Shown here: positions 25,681 through 38,274 of the stretch, piece by piece
Layout of the letters: each line of letters begins with the position of its first letter
Numbering within the stretch: the stretch's first letter is position 1
DNA from: the human T2T-CHM13v2.0 reference genome, Homo sapiens
Reading direction: 5' to 3' (one strand)
Assembly: GCF_009914755.1 (NCBI RefSeq)
Contig: NC_060938.1
Length of the DNA: 64,000 nucleotides
Notes under the pieces: generated by a model
What the model was told of the DNA's origin: nothing
Databases searched by the model: none
Seen by the model: the letters and a program-made list of their open reading frames with translations, nothing else
Position numbers and translations under genes: made by a program

Positions 25681-26364
25681 TTATAAAAGCTGCTATAAAA
25701 TCTTCTATAATATTGAGAAACTAAGAAGTCACTTGTGTTCAGGGAGAGAAAAATTACCATTTCGGTAGTTAATTATTTAGTAAATAAGCAAGAAAAGAAG
25801 AATACATGTTGACCTAAAATAATAATGAAGCCCTTATATGTACAATGTGCTGTATCAGGACATTTGTCTACTGATAGCAGTATAAATTATTGCTTTTACC
25901 TGGAAAGAACTTATCAGAAAAAATTTATTCCATAAATTGAGGAACAAGATAAAATACATAAAAACTTAACCAATTGTTAAAATTATAAGTATGTGGACAA
26001 TTAAGTTTTAAAGGTATTTTCAGGAGGAGATCACTGTGTTACAGAAAAGTCAAGGAGAGGCATCATGGGGAAATAGAAAATTTAATCAGGCTTTAAAGGA
26101 CAGACACACATTAAATTTGTTCATTATACAATTATTTCTTAAATAGGCAACTGGGGTTTTTGTAGGTTTGATGAATAGAATAATAAACAAAATAGACAAA
26201 GTCAGACACCAGAAGAGCTTACCTCATGAGGCTCGAGTCTAGCTTTGTCTACAGTGTTCAACTTTCTCTTACAGAAATATCCTATGAAGTTTTCGTTCTA
26301 ACATAGATATTGCTCTTGCTTACCATAATAATTGGCCTGTTTTATGTGATGATTAAAAGGTAAG

Positions 26365-26498
26365 GTTTTTTTGTTTTGTTTTTGGAAACAGGTATCACTA
26401 CGTTGCCAAGGCTGGTCACAAACTCCTGGGCTCAAGCGATCCACCTGTCTCAGCCAACTGAGTAGCTGGGACTATAGGCCCACACTACCACACCTGGC
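26365..26498 (-). mobile_element. Alu monomer (FLAM)
   Basis: Single-arm Alu reverse complement with T-rich tail. Confidence 0.8.
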
Positions 26499-27479
26499 CA
26501 AGGTCTAAGTATTTAAGTGCTGTATCTGTCACTTACTAAATTATGTGGCCATGGACAAGTACTTAATTTAGAGCATCTACACATCATCAATTTTAATAAC
26601 ATACAACTTACCACATGATTGTAAAGATTGAATTAAATTAAATGAATTTAATTACATGATTGAATTTAGTCAAAAATAATTTTTCAGCTGATGATAGTTA
26701 TTCTGGAATGTGGATGAAATGTTGATAAAACAGAACATAAGATAAAATAACTAAAAAATTTAAGTATAGATTAAGGTTTAGCTTTCCACTCTCCTGCTAT
26801 TGATTATGTTATTTTACTATGGTTAAGGCTGAGTCACCCTTTATTTCATATTGACCTTATTCCATCCAATTATTTGAACTGACTGTAATGGCTTTCTTGT
26901 TTGGTTTCTTTAGTTCACAGGTTTTATGCACAGAATGAAACATTCTTGCCCCTGGTGTAACTTAATGTAAATTCTAAGATGAATTCACATGAGCCTTATG
27001 GAGCAGGTGTCAGATATAATACTATTATATTGAGCTATGGTGCCAATAATTAGATCCGTATCTGGGGGCTCATTTAACAGGTTTCTGCATTGAAAGGAGA
27101 GAAAATAACCTTTCTAGGCTTTCCTTGGGGAGGAATGCTTTTTGGATATTCAATTTATGACTTGTACATACATGGTAGATGCTCAGGAAGGATTATAGAA
27201 GAAAAAAAGGAAGGACAACAATCTGGCAGACAAACAAGCATCACTCTCCAACAAATCAGCACCTGGTCCTACCAAGGTCCTTTTCCATGTTACCTCTTCA
27301 GACATCAGGAGGAGCTGTGTTATCTGTGCATGGGGGAATGGATCTTGTTTGTGGTTGGCTGGGAGGACTCTCAGCTTCCTGTAATAACAGAACTATGCAT
27401 ATTCACTCAGAGAAACAAGCTATTGGCTTGGTAGTGTTTGAGGGCTCCCAGACCCCAACCAGAGTCCGCAGTAAGTCTC

Positions 27480-27820
27480 ATGGATAAAGTGGAGAAGCCC
27501 TTGGGAGTTTGTGGAGAAGCCCTTGGGAGTTTTGTTCTTGATTTTCTCTTGGCAGCTGTGCTGTGAGTTTTGGGGCTCTGGAAATATCATTGAAAAGAGC
27601 AGTTTGTAGTATCTTCTTTAAAAGTCTGCACTTGGACACAGGAAGGGGAGCATAACACACCGGGGCCTGTTGTGGGGTGGGGGGACGGGGTAGGGATAGC
27701 ATTAGGAGATATACCTAATGTAAATGACTAGTTAATGGGTGCAGACACCAACATGGCGCATGTATACGTATGTAACAAACCTGCGCGTTGTGCACATGTA
27801 CCCTAGAACGTAAAGTATAA

Positions 27821-27873
<53 letters not shown>

Positions 27874-28303
27874 AATAAAAGTCTGGAAGTTATAGAAGGG
27901 TGGTTAGGGCCTCTGTGCTCACCTGTGGGGACTTGAAAGGAGAGTATATCTTCCAAAAGTAGTCAGCCATGAATGAATGTCCTCTGTCTGTGGTTCTCTG
28001 TTTAAACAGGGGTGAACAGCCTCCATATTCTGGAGTAGAGTCCTTCATTCATTCCTGAGTATCCGGGAGGGAATGCACAACATTCTTAATTGCACTTATG
28101 AGGAGAGAACGTTCTCTTAACTTCTACTGGTTCTGGCAGGGTCTGGAAAAGGACTTGTGTCTTTGACCTTAATTCAATCAAGCCAGATGGAGGAGGGAGA
28201 CAAACATTTTAAAGAAGCGCTTGGAAAAGAGAAGTTTTATAGTGTTTTGAATATGCTGGTCTCTCATCCTGGAGATTCAGGCACCTACTTCTGTGCTTTG
28301 AGG
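27480..28303 (+). pseudogene. TRAV15: T-cell receptor alpha variable 15 pseudogene (leader about 27480-27562, V exon 28010-28303)
   Basis: Leader-like EKPLGVLFLIFSWQLC with a GTGAGT donor at 27563 and CAG acceptor at 28007-28009. V exon has an in-frame TAG (28036-28038), a CATT duplication and further frameshifts, but retains LNCTY, YWF and GDSGTYFCAL. Its position between TRAV9-2 and TRAV12-3 fits the known gene order. Confidence 0.9.
27629..27876 (+). mobile_element. Short L1PA 3' end in the TRAV15 intron with (TAAA)n tail
   Basis: L1 3'UTR sequence; TSD AAAAGTCTG at 27620-27628 and 27877-27885 at a TT|AAAA site. Confidence 0.92.
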
Positions 28304-28341
28304 CACAGGGTCCCCAAGCACCTGCAGCCTGTACCACAACC
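28304..28341 (+). promoter_or_regulatory. Degenerate RSS of TRAV15
   Basis: CACAGGG, 22-bp spacer, ACCACAACC. Confidence 0.75.
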
Positions 28342-29899
28342 TGCATCCGGGACCCTTGACACAGCCTTGCCTTGCAGGTGGGAGTGAAGGTGTTGTCTTT
28401 ATATGTAGAGAGAACTTCTTTATAAACTCTGTCTCCAAACAGAAGCGAAGGGTAGTGCAGAATCTTTCTTATGTGATGAAGCTGAATTTATATTAAATTA
28501 AATTGCATTTTGTTATTATTGAAATTTCATTCTTCAATGTAGATTGTGCTGTGCTGGTTCTGGGCCTGTTTGCCCACCGATCCCTTCCACAGCTCTGTCC
28601 TTTACTCTAAAGTCGCAGACCACTGTGGCACAGGCTCTGAGGCCAAGAGGCAAGTTTTCTCCGTGCTATACTCTCACCAACAGTATTTTACCCATTTGCT
28701 TGTAAATTCATGATGTTTCTTGTATTTGTATCATCTATACTATTATTTACTTAATTAAATGTTAAATTAACTTTTATGTTGAGTAGACTTCAAAACTGTA
28801 AAATATTGTTCTTATTTTAATGGATACTATCAGTGAAATTATATTTTATATAAACTATACATCTGATGTGCAGGCTATGTTTGTTCCTGATACAAACTAA
28901 AATAACATTACATGTATAACAATTAAAAAGACCATCTGTGTACTGCCTAACATGACCTCCTATGTTAACCACAATTTAGAAAATACTGATTCAGCTCATG
29001 TCCCTCATTTAATAGATGAAAAAAGTAGAATCAACAGGGACAGCATCACTTACTCAAAGCATGAATTACAGCAAAATGGAAGCTAGGAATGGAACACAGA
29101 CATTGTGGCCCCTTGTCACTTGCTTTTTCCATGAAGGATGTAAAGTAGGATTCAGTGTTTGAAAAAAGGAGTGGTATGTTGTAATTTTAAACTAAATTAT
29201 ACTTTTATTACTTAATTATATGTTCATTAGAATAAATTAGGAGATATAAACACCCAGAAAACATAGAACACTCCTATAATTTCATAACCTAGAAATGATA
29301 GCTATTCGCATGCAAAAAAATTTTTGGTGCACATATAAAGCTATATTTTTGTATAAATGTGGTTTATAATACATCAAGTATTTATTAGCACACTTTTCTT
29401 TCAACTTTATATTTAGGTATTTTCAACTCAGGAAGCAAATATTGAGGAATAATTTTAAATTATTGCCTAGTTTCCATTACATAAATATGCTTTTTTAAAA
29501 ACTCTTTTTTTTGTATTGTTTCTACTTATACAGTATTACAGACAATGTTTTTATTAACATCATTAAAGTTGTAGTTTTAATGGAAGTGAAGTTGCTTGAA
29601 TAAAGAAAAACACATGATACTGAATCCCTTATTTCCATGGAGCTATTTCTCACCAAACTGTAATTTCAACAGTAGCACATGATGATGCTAATTTTCCAAT
29701 ATTTTACCAATTGTAAACATTATTATTAAAATCTAAAGATTAGCTTCCATTTTGTTAAGTAAAATATTGTTTTTTATTATTCTTTTCTTTTAATTTGTGA
29801 TTTTATACCTTTGATTATTAAAATAAATAAATAAAACGAGATGAGAAAACATCAGATTCCATACACAGAATAGGTATCCTTTCATACAGTAACATGTAT

Positions 29900-30690
29900 T
29901 TTTTGAAAGTGTGAAAAATACTGCTCTGGTCCAAGCTACCTTCTAACTGGTCTCTCTTTTCTCAAGGCAATCAATTCTCTATGTCCTTGCTACTTGAAGT
30001 GTGAGCCAGCATTGTCTGAACTTGTACTGATTCTCAGGCTCTACCCTAGGCTGATTGAATTTGAATCTGCATTTTATCAAGATTTCCAGGCGATTCTATC
30101 ACATCAAAGTTTAAGAAGCACCCATCTGATGAGTTGCCAGAATGATTTTTTAAAGTATAAATAAAGAGCTTTCTCCACTTGTCAAACGTGCTTCAATGGC
30201 TTTCTATTGCTCCTGGAATAAAGTGTGGTGGCTTTCAGGCTGTGATATAAAAGGATCTATATAATTGGAACCTCCCTTGGCCCTTTGGCTTTAAATTCTC
30301 TTTTCCTGGCTCTTTGTGCAGCAAAACTTCTGATTCTCTTTGAATTTTCTGAACTCGCTGTGTCCTTTCCCACATGTAGGCTCTCTTTCATCCATCTGAA
30401 ATGCTCTTTCCCTAAATCTTGTTGAGGCTGACTCAACAAGAGTCATCCTTCAGGTCTCAGCTCAAATGTTACTACTGTAGAAAAAAAACCTACTGACCTC
30501 TGCTGCTCTTCCTGACTAATATATCTGTCTGTAGTCCTCCCCCTAACTCTGTCAGAACACTCTAGTTATTTCTCCTATGTTAATTATCGTAACTTACAGT
30601 TACATTTTTGGTTTATTTGCCAGTATGTTCATTGGCCATACCTTCTATTAGAATGCAATCTTTATGATATCAGGGGTATTGTTGGTTTAG
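29900..30690 (+). mobile_element. L2 remnant with a MER5-like insert (about 29990-30120); its 3' end resumes at about 37344-37405
   Basis: L2-type motifs (CATCCTTCAGGTCTCAGCTCAAATGT; ...GAGTGAATGAA); MER5-like GAATCTGCATTTTA...AAGTTTAAGAAGCA. Confidence 0.6.
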
Positions 30691-30707
30691 TTCATGGCTT
30701 GATTCTT

Positions 30708-33700
30708 TTTGTTTGTTTTTCTTTTTTTTTTTCCAATTTTTATTTTAGGTTCTGAGGGTACATGAAAAGGTTTGTTATATTGGTAAATTGCATGTCACAG
30801 GGACTTGGTGGAGAGATTATTCCATCACCCAGGTAATGAGCATAGTACTTGATAGGTAGTTTTTGGATCTTCACCCTCTTCCTACTCTCCACCTCCAGGT
30901 AGGCCCCAGTGTCTGTTGGTTCCTTCTTTGTCTTCATGTATAATCAACGTTTAGCTCCCACTTATAAGTGAGAACATGCAGTGTTTCATTTTCTGTTCCT
31001 GTATTAATTTGCTTAGGATAATGCCCTTTAACTGTATCGATGTTGGTGCATAGGACATGATTTCATTCATTTTTATGGCTGCATAGCATTCCATGGTATA
31101 TATGTACCACATTTTTTTCCAGTACACCACTGATACGCATCTAGATTGTTTCCATATCTTTGCTATTGTGAATAGTGCTGCAATGAACATGTGTGTGCGA
31201 GTGTCTTTATGGTAGAATGATTTATATTTCTTTGAGTATATACCCAGTAATAGGATTGATATGTCTGATAGTATTTGTTTTATGTTATTTGATAAATCTC
31301 CAAATGGCTTTCCACAGTGGCTGAACTAAGTTACATTCTCACCAGTGGTATAAAAGCATTCCCTTTTCTCCCCAACCTTGCCAGCATCTGTTATTTTTTT
31401 TACTTTTTAGTAATAGCCTTTCTGATTGGTATGAGATGGTATCTCATTGTGGTTTTGATTTGCATTTATCTAATGATTAATGATGTTGAGCATTTTTTAT
31501 ATGCTTGGTGGTTGTATTGATGTCTTCTTTTGAGAAGTATCTGTTCATGTCGTTTTCCCATTTTGTCTGTTCATGTTGTTTGTTTTTTGCTTGTTAATTT
31601 GCTTAAGTTTCTTATAGATTCTGGATATTACACCTTTGTCTGATACATAGTTTGCAAATATTTTCTCACATTCTGTAGGTTGCCTGTTTACTCTGTTGAT
31701 AGTTTCCTTTGCTGTGTAAAAGTTCTTTAGTGTAATTAGGTCGCATTTGTCAATGTTTGGGTCTTTTTGCAATTGCTTTTGGAGTCTTTGTCATGAAATC
31801 TTTGCAAGGCCTCCAGAATATAATTTCATAAGTTTTCATCTAGGGTTTTTATAGTTTTAAGTTTTACATTTAAATCTTTATTTAGTCCATCTTGAATTTA
31901 TTTTTGTATATGGTAAAACAAAGAGATCCAGTTTCAGTCTTCTGCATATGGCTAGACAGTTACACCAGTACCATTTATTGAATAAGGAGTCCTTTACTCA
32001 TTGGTTGTCTTTGTTGGCTGTGTCGAAGATCAGGTGATCATAGGTGTGTGGCTTTGTTTATCGGTTCTCTATTCTGTTCCATTGGTTTATGTGTCGATTT
32101 TTGGATTATTACCAAGGCTAAGTTTTGGTTACTTAGCTTTGTACTAGAATTTCAAGTTGGGTAATGTGATGTCTCCAGTTTTGTTCCTTCTTTTGTTAAG
32201 GATTGCTTTGGCTGTTCAGGCTCTTTTCTTGGTTCCATTTGAATTTTAGAATGGTTTCTACTAATTCGGTGAGAAATGACAATGATAATTTGATAGGAAT
32301 AGTGTTGAATCTGTAGATTGCTCCGGGCTGTATGGACATTTTGATGACACTGATTCTTCCAATCTATGAGCATGAAATGTGTTTCCATTTGTTTTTGTGG
32401 TCTATGATTTCTTTCAGCTGTGTTTTGTAATTCCTATTTTAGGTATCTTTCACCTCCCTGGTTAGCTGTATTCCTAGATAACTTTTTTTGTGTGGCTATA
32501 GCGAACAGGATTGTATTCTTGATTTTGCTCTCAGTTTGGAGGTTTTCAGTTTATAGAAATGCTACTTATTCTTGTACGTTGATTTTATATCCTAAAACTT
32601 TGCTGAAGTTGTTTATTAGGAGCCTTTTAGCAGAGGCCATGGGTTTTCTAGGTAAAAAGTCATATAGTCTGTGAGGATAGAGATTTTGACTTCCTCTCTT
32701 CCTATTTGGATGCCATTTATTTCTTTCTCTTGCTTGAATGTTCTGGCTAGGATATCCAGTACTATGTTGAATAGGAGTGGTGAGAGTGAGCATCTTTGTC
32801 ATGTTTTTGTTCTCAAAGGGAATGCTTCCAGCTTTTGCTTGCTCACTATAATATTGGCTGTGGATTTGTCATAGACGGCTCTTATTATTTTGAGTTATGT
32901 TTCCTCAATGCCTACTTTGTTGAGGAGTTTTAACCTGAAAGGATTTTGAATTTCATCAAATGTTTTTTATGTCTATTGAGGTGATAATGTAGTTTTTTTT
33001 TTTTAGTTCAGTTCATGTAATGAATCACATTTATTGATTTGTATATTTAAACAACCTTGCATTTCAGAAATAAAGACTACTTGATTGTGCTGGATTAGCT
33101 GCAGGATTTGGTTTGGTAGTATTTTGATTAGGATTTTTGCATGTGTATTCATCAGGGATATTGGCCTAAAGTTTTCTTCTTTTGTTGTGTCTCTTCTAGG
33201 CTTTGGTATCAGAATAATGCTGGCCTCATAGAATGAGGTAAGGAGGAGCTCCTATTCCTCAATATTTTGGAATAGTTTCAAAAAGTACCAGCTCTTCTTT
33301 ATATGTCTGGTAGATTTTGGCTATGAATCTTTCTAGTCCAGGGCTTTTTTCTTGTTGTAGGTTTTTATTACTAACTCAATTTCAGAACTCCTTATTGGTC
33401 AGTTCAGAATATTGATTTCTTCCTGAGTCAATCTTGGGAGGTTGTATTTTTCCAGGAATTTATCCATTTCTTCTAGGTTTTCTGGTTTATCTGCATAGAG
33501 GTGTTCAAAATAGTCTCTGAGGGTTTTTTGTACTGCTCCTGTGACATTTCTGATTGTATTTATTTGGATCTTCTCTGTTTTTTTCTTTATTAGTCTAGCT
33601 ATCAGTCTAGCAATCATTTTTATTCTCTCAAATAAAAACCATTTGGTTTTATTCATCTTTTGTATGGTTTTTCATCTCCATTTCATTCAGTTCAGCTCTA

Positions 33701-36700
33701 AGTTTGTTATGTCTCTTCTTCTGCCAGCTTTGGGGTGGGTTTACTCTTGGGTTTTTTTAGTTACTCTAGATGTGATGTTAGGTTGGTAATTTGGGATCTT
33801 TCTAACTTTTTGATGTGGATGTTTAGCACTATGAACTTTCTTTTCAACACTATTTTAGCTGTGTCTCAGTGATTCTGTTATGTTGTATCTTTTTTTTCAT
33901 TAGTTTCAATGAATCCCTTGCTTTTTCCTTAGTTTCACTGTTTACTGAAAAGTCATTGAAGAGCAGGTTGTTTAATTTCCACATAATTGTATGGCCTTGA
34001 GAGATCCTCTTGGTATTGATTTCTATTTTTATTGCAGTATAGTCCAAGAGAGTGGTTGATATAATTTGGAGTTTTTTTGAATTTTTTGAGAATTGCTTTA
34101 TAGTCAAGCATGTGGTTGATTTTAGAGTGCAGATAAGAAGAGTGTGTATTCTGAGGTTGTTGGGTGGAGTGTCCTATAGATGTCTGTTAGGTCCATTTGG
34201 TCATGTGTCGAGTTTACAACCCAAATATCTTTGTTATGTTTCTGCTTCAATAATCTGTCTAACACTGTCAGTGGGGAGTTTAAGTCTACCAGTATTATTG
34301 CATGGTTATCTAGGTCTCTTCATAGGTCTCTAAGAATTTGCTTTATGAATCTGGGTGCTCCAGTGTTGGATACATACTTATTTAAGATAGTTAGGTCATC
34401 TTGTTAAATTGAACACTTATCATTATTCATTATTTAATGCCCTTCCTTGTGCTTTTTCATCATTGTATTTAGAAAGTCTGTTCTAACTGAAATTAGAAAA
34501 AGTAACCTCTGCTCTTTTTGGTTTTCTATTTACTTTGCAGATTTTTCACTGTCTCTTTACTTTGAGCCTATGTGTGTCACTGCTTGTGAAATGGGTCTCT
34601 AGGAGACAGCATACAGTTGGGTCTTGCCTCTTTATCCAAATTGCTACCCTCTGCCTTTTAAAGTGGGTCATTTACTCTGTTCATGTTTAAGTTTAATATT
34701 TATATGTGTGGATTTGACCCTGTATTCGAGTTGTTAGCTGGTTGTTATGTAGACCTGATTGTGCAGTTTCACCAGGTGTGGTGGGTGATGCCTGTAATTC
34801 CAACACTTTGGCAGGACAAGGTGGGCAAATTGCATGAGCCCAGTAGTTTGAGACCAGCCTGGGTAATATGGCAAAACCCTGTCTCTACAAAAAAATAAAA
34901 AAATTTAGCTGAGTGTGATGCTGTGTGCTTATAGTCCCAGCAGGCTGAGGCAGGAAGATTGATTGAGCCTGACCAGTCAATGCTGCAGTGAGCCATGATT
35001 GTACCACTGCACTCCAGCCTGGGTGACAGAATGAGACCCTGACTCAAGAAGAAAGAAAGAAAGAAGGAGAGAAGGAGAGAAACAGAGAAAGAAAGAAAGA
35101 AGGAGAGAAGGAGAGAAACAGAGAAAGAAAGAAAGAAGGAAGAAAGAAAGAAAGATAGATAGATGGTGGAGCTGTTTTACAGTGTCAATGGTCTGTCTTA
35201 ATTGTGTTTTTGTGGTGGCTTGTAGCAGTCTTTTTTCCCCATGTTTAAGCATTCCTTTAGGGACCTCTTATAAGGCAGGCCTGGAGGTTACAAATTTCTT
35301 TAGCATTTGCTTGTCTGAAAAGAATTTTGTATTTCCTTTGCTGATAAAGCTTAGTGTGGTTGGCTATGAAATTCTTGTTTGGAATTTATTTTCTTTAAGG
35401 ATGCTGAATATAAGCCCTTAATCTCCTCTGGTTTATGAGGTTTCTACTGAAAAGTTCACTGTTATCTTGATGGGGTTTCCTTAGTAGATGACCAGCCCCT
35501 TCCCTCTAGTGGCCTTTAATATTTTTTCTTTCCCGTTAACCTTGGAGAATCTAATGACGATGTGTCTTGGAGATGGTTGTCTTGTACAATGTCTTGCTGG
35601 GGCTCCCTGAGTATCCTGAATTTGAATGTTGACCTTCCTAGTGAGGTTGGGAAAATTTTTATGGGCAATATTCTCAAATATGTTTCCCAAGTTCCTTTCT
35701 CTTTCTCTCTCTCTTTCAGGGATGCCAGTGAATTATAAATTTGGTGTCTTTACATAATCCCATATTTTTCAGAAATTTTTGTTCATTATTTTTTATTCTT
35801 TTTTCTTTATTTTTGTCTGACTGAGTTGATTCCAAGAACTATTCTTTGACCTCTGAGATTCTTTCCTCAGCTTGTTGTATTCTCCTGTTAATACTTAACA
35901 ATTGTATTATAAAGTTCTTGTAATGAGTTTTTCAGCTCTATCAGAACAGTTTGGTTCTTTCTTAAAATGGCTATTTTGTCTTTCAGATCTCATATTATTT
36001 TATTTCTTTACATTGTTTAGATTCCTTGGATTGGGTTTCAATTTTCTTATGAATCTCAATGTTCTTACATCCAAATTGTGACTGCTCTGTGTGTCATTTC
36101 AGCCATTTCAGCCTGGTTAACAACCATTGCCTGGGAGCTAGTGTGGTTGTTTGGAAGTAAGAAGACACTCTAGCTTCTTGAGGTGCCAAAGTTGTCGTGT
36201 TGGTTATTTATCATCTGTGTAGGCTGATGATCCTTTAATATTTGAAGTTCTTGTCCTTTGAATTTTTTTTTTACTTTTATATTATTTTATGCCCTTGAGG
36301 GATTTGACTGTGGAATAAGTTGCGTTCAGTCAACTGGCTTCATTTCTGGATGATTTCAGGGGTCCCGGGTTCAGATGAGCATTCCTGCACTGCATGCTCT
36401 AACCCTATGGGGTTGGGACCAGGCCCACTTCTTTGTTCTCTGGCCCCTTTAGGTTAAGTACCGACTGAACTGGAGGGGCTGAGGTGTTACTGGTTTGCTG
36501 ACATCAACACTCCACTTGGGGGTGCTGGCAAAAGCACTTCATTGAACTTGTGGCAGCAGGATCAGGGCTCATGTACACCTGTGCCAGGGGCAATGGCGGG
36601 AGGGTGTGGATATGTGTCAGCAGTGGCCTGTCTGCAGAAGCTCTCTGATGGTTAGGCAGAGTTTGCTGGTGAAGTAGCTATGACACCAGTCACCAGGAAG

Positions 36701-37326
36701 TGCCCTGGTTGGACACCTAACGCAGAGTTGCAAGTAGGCATGGTCAGGTAGGGACCCTGGGAGAGGTCGGCAGACAAGGGGGTGCTCAGATCAGACTAGT
36801 CCTGACCCATGGGCAAGACACCTCTACTCTGTCCAGGTCTGACAGTCAACAAAGGCTAGAGCCACGTAGAGGAGCATGGTGCACCTTGGGGAATGGGCAT
36901 CCCTACTGGGCTCACTGCCTCTATTCCCATGCTAAACACTCTGGGCTTCACACAGGCTAGAGTCCTGTCACTGCCAGCACTCCAAGTAGCTCTCCCTGCC
37001 AGCTCAAATTTCTATGGGCATCATGGGGTCTCCTGCAGTTAGGATTCGAGAGGTCCATGGGAGGAGTTAGCAAATGCTCACCTATCTAATTCAGCCTTTC
37101 CTCTGGAGACATTGAGCGTCATGAATGAGTCCCAGTGCTTGGCAGCCCTGTGCAGGGTTCCCGGGTTCCTCTCACTTTGGTCCAGGGTCTGAGTCTTGTC
37201 TCCATCCATTCTCAATGCATTCTTTCTGACGATACCCTCAGAGAATGCAAGTCTTCCTGATGGTCTGATCTCTTGGTAGGAGAAGCTCTTTCTAGCTGTG
37301 TCTAATTGACGATCTTGGAGCTCCTC
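30708..37326 (-). mobile_element. Near full-length old L1 (L1PA13-16/L1PB type)
   Basis: 3'UTR, ORF2 and ORF1 remnants (35481-35690 ENIAHKNFPNLTRKVNIQIQ), 5'UTR ending in the reverse complement of GAGGAGCTCCAAGAT; 17-bp TSD (15/17 match) at 30691-30707 and 37327-37343. Confidence 0.92.
34772..35165 (+). mobile_element. AluJ inside the L1, with expanded GAAA/GAGA-rich tail
   Basis: Dimeric Alu followed by a purine-only compound microsatellite. Confidence 0.88.
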
Positions 37327-38086
37327 TTCCTGGCTTTATTCTTAGTGTCTAGAATAATGACTAGCCCATAGTAATCGGTCAAAAATTCTACTGAGTGAAT
37401 GAAGAATGAAATTTGTTTGGCCCTCCCCTCTTTCTCCCTTTTCCCTTCCTCTCATTCCCACTCTAGCAACTTTGACCTTTGTGTATGTTGTCTCTACTTC
37501 ACTATGTGGGGCAGCTCAATTTTCTCTGGCCCTCACCCCCAGACTCAGAACCCAGTCTTTTTGTACTTAGTGGCTTCTGTCAAATAGATTCACTCAGGGC
37601 CTCAACCTTTCCTCACTTAATTGACCTCACCTTATCAGATGTGATGTGAAGGACTGAGTCAACTCTTAAGGCTAGTAACCCATAGCGAAATATCTAAAAG
37701 AAAAACGACATACTTAAAAGATGTTTGGAAAGTATAAAAGTAACTTCTCAAGCCTAATAATTATGAGCACATATCAAAGTTTTATTTCAAATTACTGCAA
37801 GAGAAAAAGCTCCTCAAGAAACAAATTCAAATAATTAGCCTTGGTATATTGTTACAGGAATCCAGATTTTTAAAAATCTGGTTAAAGATCATTATTGCAT
37901 TCAAATGACGGTTGCATAATTACCCTGCTTTTGACTGCCTGTGTAGTGACTATTAGGCTTCTCACAAGATTAATGGTCATTTGAGTTTGTAACACTAATT
38001 TCCCAGAAGGAATCTTTATTTCATTAAAGGATATTAGAAAATTGCTCAAGCGTTTTATTAGAAGTGATGGTTAATTACCACATGGG

Positions 38087-38220
38087 GCTATGTATATTAT
38101 ATCCTCCGAAAAATGCCTGCTTCATACCAGTTTGGAGAAACTTACCTTTCTCAGCTATGTATGTTATATCCTTCATAAAAGGCCTGTTTCATACCAGTTT
38201 GGAGAAACTTACCTTTCTCA
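38087..38220. repeat. 67-bp tandem duplication
   Basis: Units 38087-38153 and 38154-38220; the last 33 bp (TTCATACCAG...TTTCTCA) are identical. Confidence 0.93.
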
Positions 38221-38274
38221 TGTGTAATTTAAATCTTTACTTTACAAATCTTTACAACTCCTTTAGTGAGGATT

